From Thermoproteota archaeon (lineage in GTDB: Archaea; Thermoproteota; Thermoprotei_A; Sulfolobales; Ignisphaeraceae): a DNA stretch of 64,000 nt. Both the position numbers and the translations under genes were made by a program. This document shows positions 52,466-61,622 of the stretch, one piece after another. The notes below the pieces were generated by a model. The model ran no database searches. It was not told the origin of the DNA and saw only the letters and a program-made list of their open reading frames with translations. The stretch lies in the NCBI GenBank assembly GCA_030550585.1, contig JAUQPB010000002.1, positions 160,001-224,000 on the forward strand, written 5' to 3'. Every line of letters starts with the position of its first letter. Position 1 is the stretch's first letter.

Positions 52466-53029
52466 TTACTTCCCACTGTATCCACTGTACTCTGCGGAGG
52501 CACTTAGAAGATCTTTTATATCACCGTAAACCACGACCTCGAAGTTCTTCGAGACTTTTATGTATCCTATGCCTGCACCAGCATTCTCGGGGATTCTCGG
52601 GAATCTCGAAACACCTGTTTCATCTAGTATCTTTAGGAGTAGCCCTGCCTTAGGACCGCTGACGTATATCGGTGATCCTGCCTCAGCAAATGTCTTGATC
52701 AGCTCTTTAGTATCCTCCCTTTTGGCGTTGACCTCCAGCCACGCATCACTGATGATCACAACGGTGCCTCTATCCGCATACCTAGCAATGCTTACATCGG
52801 GCTTATCCACAGCCACAAAGTTCTTGACCTTCCCACCGAAAACCCTCTCCAACTCGGCCCTGAAGCCCGCTTCACCCAAGACAACCATGTTAGCCGGAAC
52901 AACATCACCTACACTATCTATATTTACCTTATTAGTAGATGAAGCTGCAGGGCGCATTGCCACCCCAGCAAACACCAGCCCAATAGCCGCTAGCAGGACG
53001 GGTATCGCTAGGAGGATGGGACGCTTCAT
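52466..53029 (-). CDS. Hypothetical secreted or membrane-anchored protein
   Basis: MKRP plus hydrophobic signal, GAGGTG SD; visibly higher GC than its flanks. Confidence 0.75.
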   Translation of the reverse strand: MKRPILLAIPVLLAAIGLVFAGVAMRPAASSTNKVNIDSVGDVVPANMVVLGEAGFRAELERVFGGKVKNFVAVDKPDVSIARYADRGTVVIISDAWLEVNAKREDTKELIKTFAEAGSPIYVSGPKAGLLLKILDETGVSRFPRIPENAGAGIGYIKVSKNFEVVVYGDIKDLLSASAEYSGYSGK

Positions 53030-53527
53030 TACGAGTCACACACCTCATATAGAAACTTTCTTTGCATAGCTTAAAATTTTTTGCTTTAATGCTATCTGGG
53101 GCTAGTCTAGGCACATAAATTGTCAATTACTTTCTTAGCAGATTTTTTATCGAGATGCTGGTCTAAATGTGTCATAACCAGCAACCGCCCTCACACCTTG
53201 CTCTCATCAACATCCCCTGTAGAACAGCTTCTTGTAATGCAAATCACCAACAACAACCTTCACCTCTCTAACTCGCTAATTAGCTCTAGAAATGTTGTAT
53301 GGTATGTGCATAAGGGCCTTCCAGCCATGGATAGCATCTGTCGTAGGTTTTTGTCAGTAAAACGCTGGTTTTAGACAAGGGTGGGAGATGTTTTACAATT
53401 TCATAATTTTTTGGAGAGGTATTACTGTTAGAGATGCTGGGTAAAAAGAAATAGAGAAATATTTTGGGATTGTTTAACTAAATCAATTCTTTAATTCAAA
53501 TATTTTCAACTACATTAATAACATTGT

Positions 53528-53989
53528 TTACACGCTAAATATCACGATGGCGCTTACCAGAGCTATTGTAAATGCTATAACATCTAGAAGCTTGCCATAA
53601 AATGGAATATTTCTTGCTAAGTTCATAATTCCTGTAACTAAAGATAGTCTATATAGCGCTTTAAGAGAAAACCTAGGTTCAGTTTCCTTTACCACTCTTT
53701 CTATAGTCTTTAGCGTAATGTATAAGGTGTAAAAGGCCATAAACATGGGTATAGCTATGAACTTTCTGTCCACAAGTTCAAGTAGTTCGTATACTGCACC
53801 CAGATCAGCATTTTGCACAACTAGAAAGTCGCCTCCAAAAGAATTAGAGTGTATGCCACTTGCTGCAGAGCCAAATATTCTAGAGATCTTTGCGGCGTTA
53901 GCCAATGGTATATTCCAAACAGTTTCCCCATCATATCTAACCCTCCTCACAAAACCGCCATAGCCGTGGCAAAATTTATATGACTGCAT
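53528..53989 (-). CDS. Hypothetical membrane protein (possibly a fragment)
   Basis: 153-aa ORF with C-terminal hydrophobic segments; no recognised motif. Confidence 0.4.
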   Translation of the reverse strand: MQSYKFCHGYGGFVRRVRYDGETVWNIPLANAAKISRIFGSAASGIHSNSFGGDFLVVQNADLGAVYELLELVDRKFIAIPMFMAFYTLYITLKTIERVVKETEPRFSLKALYRLSLVTGIMNLARNIPFYGKLLDVIAFTIALVSAIVIFSV

Positions 53990-54040
53990 ATAAAAGCATA
54001 TGCTCTTCGTGGCTTAGCTTATGTTCCCATCTGATTGTTT

Positions 54041-54184
54041 TTAATCACTTTCTTCTATTACCACCACCTTAACCTTCTTTCCGTGTAGTTTTGATAGCTT
54101 TTCTTGGTATTCTTTTGGTGGGTATATCAGGTATTTCCTCATGGTTTTTACAATCTTTGCCTCAAATACGTATATCGAGACCAT
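54041..54184 (-). CDS. 47-aa protein, possibly AbrB-like, divergent from tnpB
   Basis: MVSIYVFEAKIVKTMRKYLIYPPKEYQEKLSKLHGKKVKVVVIEE; beta-beta-alpha-beta pattern; a TTATAAA box lies between it and tnpB. Confidence 0.6.
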   Translation of the reverse strand: MVSIYVFEAKIVKTMRKYLIYPPKEYQEKLSKLHGKKVKVVVIEESD

Positions 54185-54255
54185 AACTCTCACTGCATAA
54201 ACTGTAGAGTGTAAAAGCTTATAAATTTGCACTCTGAATAACTAATGTTGTGAGC

Positions 54256-54303
54256 TCCGATGAAGGCGTTTATCCACCTAATCGGTAGGTGGATGTCTGA
54301 GGG
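54256..54303 (+). promoter_or_regulatory. K-turn hairpin enclosing the tnpB SD and start codon
   Basis: UCC-GAU-GA-AGGC...GUCU-GA-GGG capped by a perfect 9-bp stem ATCCACCTA/TAGGTGGAT. Confidence 0.6.
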
Positions 54304-54938
54304 TACATACTACAAAGCCTTTAAGGCAGAGGCTGAGGTTGTTGGTGGAGATGCAAATGGTTTGCTGTGGGATTTAACGATATATAGGTATGCTCTGCAA
54401 AAGGTTGTAGACGCTCTATGGGATTTTGATGGGCTTCCGAAGAAGAGTCAGCTACACCAAATGTTCTACCAAATGCTTAGAGAACATGGTTTTAGAGCAC
54501 ACGTAGCTAGAAACATCTACAGCTATGCACTGGCTCTAGAGGATTTAGAGCATCTGAGAGAGTCAATCAATGGCAAAAACAATGGTGTTAGGTGGAGGCT
54601 AAAGCTATTTGCCTATAGAAAGCTTCAACATGCAATCATAGCCAAATCCATTGAATACAACGTTCCAATACTCATTATAGACCCTAGGAACACCTCATCT
54701 ACATGCCCAAGATGCGGCTCTAGGCTAGTCTATGTACATAGACTAGCTATCTGCAAGACATGTAAATTCAAAAGAGATAGAGATTTTGTTGGAGCAATAA
54801 ACATCTACCTACGGGGGGATGTGGGGAAGCCTTGGGTCTTCCCCCAACGGGGATGGAATGAAGAATGAAACCCGACAAACCACCCCAAACAGAGATGAGC
54901 CGATGACCACTTATATAAAATCATATACAAACATATAA
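54293..54938 (+). mobile_element. tnpB: IS200/IS605-family (IS1341-like) tnpB remnant with internal deletion and 3' frameshift
   Basis: FRAHVARNIY joined directly to LEDL; PRNTSSTCPRCG, CKTC, DRDFVGAINI; RuvC-I region absent; extra G in the G6 run near 54813-54818. Confidence 0.85.
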
Positions 54939-54939
54939 A

Positions 54940-55382
54940 GAGGTGAACCCTCCAGATCCATAGTCTGTGACTATGAAACCTCCATCAACATGTAGTATAT
55001 CGTGTGGCCACTCACTATCACTAAGATGCAGAACCCACTTGATCTTGCCACTATCCCTATCTATCAAAACCCATCTACCATCTCTATCAGGGCAAATCAA
55101 ATCCCCTGCCACACCACCGATTCTGGGAATATCCTCTAGAAGCATGTGGGCCAAGTGGGGATTGGGAATCGATTTGCCTGGAACCGCAAACTCTTCTATA
55201 GAGTTTCTCTCTATATCGTATATGATTACGCTAAACCTGTTGTGAGGATCTGCCATAACAAGCTTTTCTCTGTGGTCAGTTGGATCAATGATATGCTCTG
55301 CGTAGTGAACAGCGAAGCCATGGCGATAAAAAGCACTCTGAACTTGAAGCTGTTGAAACCATAGATCATGGTGTTCATGGAT
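54940..55382 (-). pseudogene. Gene fragment (beta-propeller-like) cut by the tnpB element
   Basis: Frame open from 55382 with no start until 55256; LIDRDSGKIKW and WPHDI motifs; its last codons come from the element end. Confidence 0.45.
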
Positions 55383-55465
55383 TCACATTAGAACAGTAAT
55401 TGAATTGCAGATAATAAGTTTATATAGTAGAGTAATGCAATAATGTAATGTTTGGGGTGAAAAAT

Positions 55466-55783
55466 ATGGCTGACGTTATAGGAGCTGTGCTTAGCAACTA
55501 CCAAAGCTATATAGTGATTTTCATTCAATTTCTGCTTGGGCTGGCGCTTGGCTATGTATCTGTAAAAGCGTTGAAATATATCTTAGCATTCATAGCGATA
55601 CTAGCCCTAGGAACACTTCTATCTGTATGGTCTCTGGGAACAACACCATCGGATGTGCTGAAAACCGTTGGGCTAACGGTAGAGGGTCTAAAGAGCCTAG
55701 CTATTCTACTTGGGTTAATGACTATAGGGCCAGTATCCGTAGGCTTCATAATAGGTGCTCTAATAGCTTTGCTAAGAAAGTAA
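55466..55783 (+). CDS. Small membrane protein (FUN14-like)
   Basis: LLGLALGYVSVKALK and GFIIG patterns; GGGGTGA SD. Confidence 0.7.
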   Translation: MADVIGAVLSNYQSYIVIFIQFLLGLALGYVSVKALKYILAFIAILALGTLLSVWSLGTTPSDVLKTVGLTVEGLKSLAILLGLMTIGPVSVGFIIGALIALLRK

Positions 55784-55902
55784 AACAAATATGTTTTTCA
55801 TCACAATATTAATGCAGAAGGTTTTCTTCCACACATAACTGTCTCACAATATCATCGACGGCTGAAAGCCATTGCTTCACAGAAATGCATTTGCATAAGC
55901 TA

Positions 55903-55959
55903 TATCAGCGTTTGCACCGCTCATCACATTGCTCAGCCCCGGATACTCGATCATCACAC
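55903..55959 (-). ncRNA. Box C/D guide sRNA
   Basis: Minus strand: GUGAUGA (C, 55957-55951), UCGAGUAUCCGGGG, CUGA (D'), GCAAU, GUGAUGA (C'), GCGGUGCAAACG, CUGA (D, 55908-55905); all four boxes match consensus. Confidence 0.9.
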
Positions 55960-56015
55960 AGCATTTCAGCAAATCTTATATTAGAGCTAAACCTTATACC
56001 TTTTTCTGTGATTTA

Positions 56016-56525
56016 ATGAGTCTAAGATACATACCCATTTCGATTAATTCGTTTGGGAATACAAAGGCGAATCTAAGTGCTACACCGTTTAATGTTTCTT
56101 CAGAGCCGATAGAAATTGTCCAATACCCTGGGTCGGCACCCTCTTCATATGTAGTCACAAATTTTCCTATAGAATATGTTCTTCTATTCATTGGCTTCGC
56201 CCTCATATTTCTCATAGTATTGCTCTATACAAGGAGCTGGTACAGAGGGGGACACGATGTTTATGTTGTGCTTGGGGAGAAAGAACAGCGTGAAAGGGGG
56301 ATCAAGGTTGAATATAGCTACCACGGCATTAAAAGAATTTTAAGAGACTACTTTGTCAAATTCAGGAACAGGATAAGATGCCCCTACTGCACACCTAGAG
56401 AGACCTTAAACAAGCTGATATTTCTGAAAAAGTTCGTTGAAGTATACGAAGATGTTGTTTATGGAGATAAACAAAGATTAGATGCAGAAAATGTAATAGA
56501 TGAGGTAAAGAGGTTTGAGAAATAA
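56016..56525 (+). CDS. Membrane protein with DUF4129-like C-terminus
   Basis: One TM segment, TPRE...FVEVYEDVVYG; start moved to ATG 56016 because the upstream TTG lies inside the sRNA. Confidence 0.65.
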   Translation: MSLRYIPISINSFGNTKANLSATPFNVSSEPIEIVQYPGSAPSSYVVTNFPIEYVLLFIGFALIFLIVLLYTRSWYRGGHDVYVVLGEKEQRERGIKVEYSYHGIKRILRDYFVKFRNRIRCPYCTPRETLNKLIFLKKFVEVYEDVVYGDKQRLDAENVIDEVKRFEK

Positions 56526-57471
56526 GCTATTAGTATTTACCTTGATACTTCTATCCCTCGTAATATTTTCTCAGTACCAGAAGCCAATCGCAAGTATTCT
56601 AGATCTCGATCCACCATCCATCTACAATATTGGTCCAGGTGGCATCACATTTTTCTACAACTATGAAAAGACCAGAAGAAGTGTGCAGATAATTTACAGT
56701 CTTGATGAGCTAAAGTATTTTGACTCTCGAAACAATGTATTACTAATTCTAGGTCCTGATAAAGATGTGGGTGATATAGACACTTTATTTTCTTGGATAG
56801 AAAAAGGTGGGGTAGCTGTAGTAGGAGATGAGCTTAACCACAGCAAGCAGATATTGGATTATATAGGCATTGAACAAGGCAATGTCATACCCGGGGTAGG
56901 AGAAGCTTGGTGTATCATTGGCAATAAAGCCATTGAGATAGTCATAGATGTTGCCAAAGCATTGCAGTCATCTAATAGTAGATCAAACGTGTTATGTCTC
57001 TATGGTTCAATGCCTGTAGCTTATAATGTTAGTTACGGCAATGGATATATTATTGTCATTGGCGACTCAAGTATTGTTATTAACGAGATTCTAGCTAAAC
57101 CGAGCATCTCAGTCAATAACAGTCTTTTTATGGACTATATAATCGGTGGTAAAGGGCTCATAATATATGAGGGTGGCAGAGTCTATAGACCTGTAGAAGC
57201 CCAGGTAATTGCACAAGCAATGAGTTTTATTGTCGATGGATTATCGGATGCATTACAATGGCTATTATTTAGACAAGGTGTTTTAAGCTTGCTAGGGTTT
57301 TTTACTGGGTTGGCAATACTGTCAATGCTTTATCTAACTATAAGGTTTGGCATCGTGTCTAGCCCAAGAAAATATTTAAGTAGTGCTGTGCAGATCGATA
57401 GGAAATTCATTGAAAACATTCGCAGACAGATTTTAGCTGGTGTTGATAAATGGCAGAGCACTCGAAGATAA
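56515..57471 (+). CDS. DUF4350-like membrane protein
   Basis: SIYNIGPGG, WIEKGG, GYIIVIGDSSIVINE; N- and C-terminal TM segments; precedes moxR. Confidence 0.7.
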   Translation: MRNKLLVFTLILLSLVIFSQYQKPIASILDLDPPSIYNIGPGGITFFYNYEKTRRSVQIIYSLDELKYFDSRNNVLLILGPDKDVGDIDTLFSWIEKGGVAVVGDELNHSKQILDYIGIEQGNVIPGVGEAWCIIGNKAIEIVIDVAKALQSSNSRSNVLCLYGSMPVAYNVSYGNGYIIVIGDSSIVINEILAKPSISVNNSLFMDYIIGGKGLIIYEGGRVYRPVEAQVIAQAMSFIVDGLSDALQWLLFRQGVLSLLGFFTGLAILSMLYLTIRFGIVSSPRKYLSSAVQIDRKFIENIRRQILAGVDKWQSTRR

Positions 57472-58400
57472 GATTTTATGGTTCTATGATTGAAAAGGTT
57501 ATTGAGAATATTCAGAGAAAGGTTGTGGGTAAGAGAAAAGAGCTTGAGTTGATACTTGCAACACTCTTTTCAGAGGGTCACATTCTTCTTGAGGGTGTTC
57601 CAGGTGTTGCAAAAACTCTCATGGCTAAATGTGTGGCGCTATCTCTTGGGCTAGACTTTAAGAGGGTTCAGGCAACGCCTGACATGCTCCCATCTGATAT
57701 AATAGGTTTCCAGTTTTTTGATGCAAAGGAATCCAAGTTTGTGTATAGGAAAGGACCTATATTCACAAATATTCTATTTGTTGACGAGATAAATAGAGCG
57801 CCGCCCAAAACCCAAGCAGCTTTGCTTGAGGCTATGCAGGAGAGGCAGGTTACTGTAGAGGGTGTTACATATGCGCTACCCAAGCCATTTCTGGTTATAG
57901 CAACTATGAATCCAATAGAAATGGAGGGCACATTCCCGCTTTCAGAGGCTCAAGTGGATAGGTTTTTAGCAAAGGTTGTTATAGGGTATCCAACAATTGA
58001 TGAAACTGTTGAGATACTAGACAAATTTGAATCTATATCAAGTCTAGATGATATGCAACCCGTTTTGAATAGGGAAGAGGTTTTGACAATGATTAGACTT
58101 GTTAAGGACGTTTATGTGGAGCAAAACATTAAGAAGTATATTGCGGCTATAGTGGAGGCTACGAGGAATCACAGATTTGTTAAGATAGGCGCATCTCCAA
58201 GAGGTGCAATAGCGCTATACCTTCTGTCTAAGTCGATAGCAGTCATGAGGGGAAGAGAATATGTCACACCAGATGATGTGAAGTATGTTGCTCATGCTGC
58301 TCTCTCGCATAGGATAGTGCTCAGAGGAGAGGCTAAGGTATCTGGTGTGACGGTAGAGAATGTTATTAACGATATTCTTGAAAAGGTTGATGTACCCTGA
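57450..58400 (+). CDS. moxR: MoxR-family AAA+ ATPase
   Basis: GVPGVAKT, TPDMLPSDIIG, DEINRAPPKTQAALLEAMQE, GASPR. Confidence 0.95.
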   Translation: MAEHSKIRFYGSMIEKVIENIQRKVVGKRKELELILATLFSEGHILLEGVPGVAKTLMAKCVALSLGLDFKRVQATPDMLPSDIIGFQFFDAKESKFVYRKGPIFTNILFVDEINRAPPKTQAALLEAMQERQVTVEGVTYALPKPFLVIATMNPIEMEGTFPLSEAQVDRFLAKVVIGYPTIDETVEILDKFESISSLDDMQPVLNREEVLTMIRLVKDVYVEQNIKKYIAAIVEATRNHRFVKIGASPRGAIALYLLSKSIAVMRGREYVTPDDVKYVAHAALSHRIVLRGEAKVSGVTVENVINDILEKVDVP

Positions 58401-59647
58401 AAATAACGCTCTATGGACTTTCACACATTGTTTTATCTATAGCAGTACTTGTATACGGTTATTCTGTAAAAAATGTTTTTCTATACTCTATAGGACTGGG
58501 ACTTGTAATAATATTCTTTAAGGAGTATGCATCATTTAATAGAATAAGAAGAGTTGTATCACAATTATCGGTTAAGAGAATGTGTGATAAAAGTATTGCT
58601 AGAGAATTGGAAGATGTTACTATGAGTATTGTTATCAAGAATAGCAGTGGAGAGCCTATTTCAAGAGTTCTTGTAATAGACAAGACCCCCAGATACGCAA
58701 AGTCGACCAGCGATCCAATAGCGATGATCTCCATACCACCGAATTCAGCGGTGACCATCTCATATAAGGTTAAGTTACTTGCTCCAGGGACACACACATT
58801 TAGTGATGTGGTCATTATTGTTAGCGATTTCTTAGGATACTTTGCTGAGGAGCTGAGCTATAGTGACAGATTAACTGTTGTAGCATTGCCACAAGAGATC
58901 AGGGGAGAGCTGGGTATGAAGTCGTTGCAGAAGGTGGTAGGAGTCTATACAGCTGGCAAAGCAGTTGGCGGTCTTTATGACCTTGCAAATATAAGGGATT
59001 ATACTCCTGGAGACAATGTCAAGAAGATTATTTGGAGTGCTTATGCGAAAACAGGCAAACTCGTGGTTAGAGAGGATCTGGGGGAGACGAGAGCAAAAAT
59101 ACTACTACTAATAGACATAAGGCCACATGCATGGCTCATTGGCGAAACTCCTAATACCCTCGCCCATATCCAGTTAAGGTTTGCTGCTTCATTAGTTAAT
59201 TTCCTAACTAGGAATGGAATGGAAGTCGATGCCATTGTATGCAGTGGGATAATGCCAAAGGTTGTTGCAAACCTCAGGGGAGGTGAAGAATCTCTCTATA
59301 GAATATTCTCACTCATAGACGCTGGTGGCGGATGTAACTCGCAGCTAAATGGCTTCATAAATGCTATTGGCTATATCGATAAAGAGCTTTCGCAATACGA
59401 TATAGCAATCCTTTTGACAAATCCAATAACTCTTTCACTTGATGAGCCAACCAATTTGAGAGGCTTGGTCACATCACTTGAAAGACTGTTCATAGCGATG
59501 CCTATGTTTAAATACGATAATGTTATGGGGAGAGATGATATTGCCAAGCTTTTAAATGGGGTTTCAGAAACATTGGGTGAGACATTGATTGGCATGGAAT
59601 TTAGTGAAGAGGGTTTTGAGATAATATATGGTGGGGAAAAGCCTTGA
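58397..59647 (+). CDS. DUF58-domain protein, probably CTG-initiated
   Basis: IRDYTPGDNVKKIIWSAYAK, LLIDIR; frame open from a CTG overlapping the moxR TGA, adding two TM helices. Confidence 0.8.
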   Translation: MKITLYGLSHIVLSIAVLVYGYSVKNVFLYSIGLGLVIIFFKEYASFNRIRRVVSQLSVKRMCDKSIARELEDVTMSIVIKNSSGEPISRVLVIDKTPRYAKSTSDPIAMISIPPNSAVTISYKVKLLAPGTHTFSDVVIIVSDFLGYFAEELSYSDRLTVVALPQEIRGELGMKSLQKVVGVYTAGKAVGGLYDLANIRDYTPGDNVKKIIWSAYAKTGKLVVREDLGETRAKILLLIDIRPHAWLIGETPNTLAHIQLRFAASLVNFLTRNGMEVDAIVCSGIMPKVVANLRGGEESLYRIFSLIDAGGGCNSQLNGFINAIGYIDKELSQYDIAILLTNPITLSLDEPTNLRGLVTSLERLFIAMPMFKYDNVMGRDDIAKLLNGVSETLGETLIGMEFSEEGFEIIYGGEKP

Positions 59648-60297
59648 ATGTAATATTTGTAGCGATTATGATAATTGTTGAATTTATAGCCTCGATATAC
59701 GATTATAAGACAAAGAGAGAGGTTCTACCACTAACAGCAATAGCATTTCTGTTTATAGCTCTTATCATGTCCAATCCAATAGCTCTCTTAGCAACTGTTC
59801 TTGTAATTCCGATTAGCAGATTGCTGGCAATCTTTGTATTTAGAGGATTTGGCAAAGGATCGGTCTATCACATACTCTTAGATGTAATACCCACAATACT
59901 TGTTCTAGTAATGGCTTTTGCAGCATCTCTAATAAGTAAAAATGTTGAATTCTTGGGGATGAGCAAATGGAGCTCGCAAGTAATGTTCTCAACTCTATTC
60001 TTACTTTTATTCTCAATAGCTCTAGAACCATCTATAGAACTACCTGGCACTCTAGGGTTTGTAGCTCGAGCAGAAATAGACCATGTTATAAATATTGCGA
60101 AGGGTCTAGCACATATAGCAGGATTTATAAGCATAGTGATGCTATCTCAATTCTATGGAGCATATGCAGGTATATTAATGTTGATGTGGATCTTAATGCT
60201 ATTGGTTAGAGGCAGACTGGCTGGCTATATGAAAACATTTGTTGAAATAACTCCATACGCCATAACATTTTTAATAGCTTTAATCAAAGGTCTGTAG
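59644..60297 (+). CDS. Hypothetical multi-pass membrane protein
   Basis: Highly hydrophobic; TTGA overlap with the DUF58 gene. Confidence 0.75.
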   Translation: MNVIFVAIMIIVEFIASIYDYKTKREVLPLTAIAFLFIALIMSNPIALLATVLVIPISRLLAIFVFRGFGKGSVYHILLDVIPTILVLVMAFAASLISKNVEFLGMSKWSSQVMFSTLFLLLFSIALEPSIELPGTLGFVARAEIDHVINIAKGLAHIAGFISIVMLSQFYGAYAGILMLMWILMLLVRGRLAGYMKTFVEITPYAITFLIALIKGL

Positions 60298-60337
60298 AAA
60301 TGCAGAAATTTTGAAACAATATATACAGGTGTTGATA

Positions 60338-60532
60338 GTGTCTAGACATGCGAGCAGCAGGCTTGGGGCAGTATATGCATTATTGCTCTTGATTTGTGGT
60401 TTGGCTTTTCTATTCATATCAACATATTATATCTACATAGAGAAATATATTCAGTTTCTAGCAACATTTGCAATAGGTCTAATTTTGCTAAGCACTTCAA
60501 TAGCACTTTACAGGGAAATGCAAAAAACCTAA
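60338..60532 (+). CDS. Small two-TM membrane protein
   Basis: GTG after an AGGTG SD; two hydrophobic helices. Confidence 0.6.
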   Translation: MSRHASSRLGAVYALLLLICGLAFLFISTYYIYIEKYIQFLATFAIGLILLSTSIALYREMQKT

Positions 60533-60557
60533 ATTTTTCGGCAGTTCATCAGCCATC

Positions 60558-61622
60558 TCATTCAGACTTGAAAGCTAGGGCCTTGTCAGCGCTAAAACAT
60601 ATTTCAACAGAGTCTTTGTTTCCTACCATAGCTGGTTCCGGCAATAGAACTGTTAGAATCCCTATGTCAGTTTCCATTTCTGCTTCAATGGCATTTCCCA
60701 AAAAGCTCGTCCCTATTACCCTACCTGTAAACCTGTTCTCCATTGCATTGTCGCATTTCGTTGATATGTGGTGAGGCCTGATAACAATGTTTATAGAATC
60801 TCCTGGTCGAATCTCTTCGTTTGCTGTCTTCACAGCTTTGATAAGTTTGTTGCCTATTCTAGCTTCAATATACCTATTATCTATTCTAGTTGCTACACCA
60901 TTTATAACATTGGCTCTGCCAATGAATGTAGCTACAAAAACGTTTTTGGGGTTGTTGTAAATCTCTGTAGGTGTTCCGATCTGCATCACCTTGCCCTTGT
61001 TCATTACAGCCAATCTATCGGCTATTGCCATAGCCTCCTCCTGGTCATGTGTAACATATATAGCGGTTATTCCCAGTTTCTTTATGAGATTCCTAAGCTC
61101 TTCCCTCATATCTATTCTAAGTCTTGCATCCAAGTTGCTGAGAGGCTCATCCAAAAGAAGAATCTCTGGCTCAACCACAATAGCTCTTGCCAATGCAACC
61201 CTCTGTTGCTGTCCGCCAGAAAGCTGGTGTGGATACCTCTTCTCAAGGCCCTCGAGCTTTACAAGCTCCAAAGCCCATTTAACCCTTCTAGCTATCTCAT
61301 CCTTTGGCACACCCCTTATCTTTAATCCGTAAGCAATGTTATCAAATACTGTCATGTGCGGCCATAGAGCCCAGTTTTGGAATACCATCACAGCTTTTCT
61401 ATTCTGGGGTTTTTCAAAGGTTATATCAACTCCATTAACAATGATTCTCCCAGTATCAGGCACCTCTAGACCAGCTACAATTCTTAGAAGAGTTGTTTTT
61501 CCACATCCTGAAGGGCCTAGAATAGCGAACAACTCTCCTTTATCTATATGGAGAGTGACGTTGTCGAGAGCAATTGTGTTGCCAAACCTCTTGCTAACGC
61601 CAAGAATTTCTAGAAAAGCCAT
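60558..61622 (-). CDS. ABC ATP-binding protein (FbpC/PotA-like)
   Basis: GPSGCGKTT, LSGGQQQRVALARA, VTHDQEEA, TOBE-like tail. Confidence 0.92.
   Translation of the reverse strand: MAFLEILGVSKRFGNTIALDNVTLHIDKGELFAILGPSGCGKTTLLRIVAGLEVPDTGRIIVNGVDITFEKPQNRKAVMVFQNWALWPHMTVFDNIAYGLKIRGVPKDEIARRVKWALELVKLEGLEKRYPHQLSGGQQQRVALARAIVVEPEILLLDEPLSNLDARLRIDMREELRNLIKKLGITAIYVTHDQEEAMAIADRLAVMNKGKVMQIGTPTEIYNNPKNVFVATFIGRANVINGVATRIDNRYIEARIGNKLIKAVKTANEEIRPGDSINIVIRPHHISTKCDNAMENRFTGRVIGTSFLGNAIEAEMETDIGILTVLLPEPAMVGNKDSVEICFSADKALAFKSE

Noticed and set aside
53120-53380. Coding-like scraps on both strands in the accessory region
   Set aside because: Multiple stops and no identifiable family
55795-55890. 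Possible second, decayed C/D RNA beside the 55903 sRNA (GATGATA, GTGATGA, and GCTTTCAGCC complementary to a 23S-like GGCUGAAAGC)
   Set aside because: No CUGA at the proper spacing; the 10-nt match may be chance
55929-56015. TTG-start N-terminal extension of the DUF4129-like ORF
   Set aside because: It overlaps the antisense C/D sRNA; ATG 56016 follows a TATA-like box
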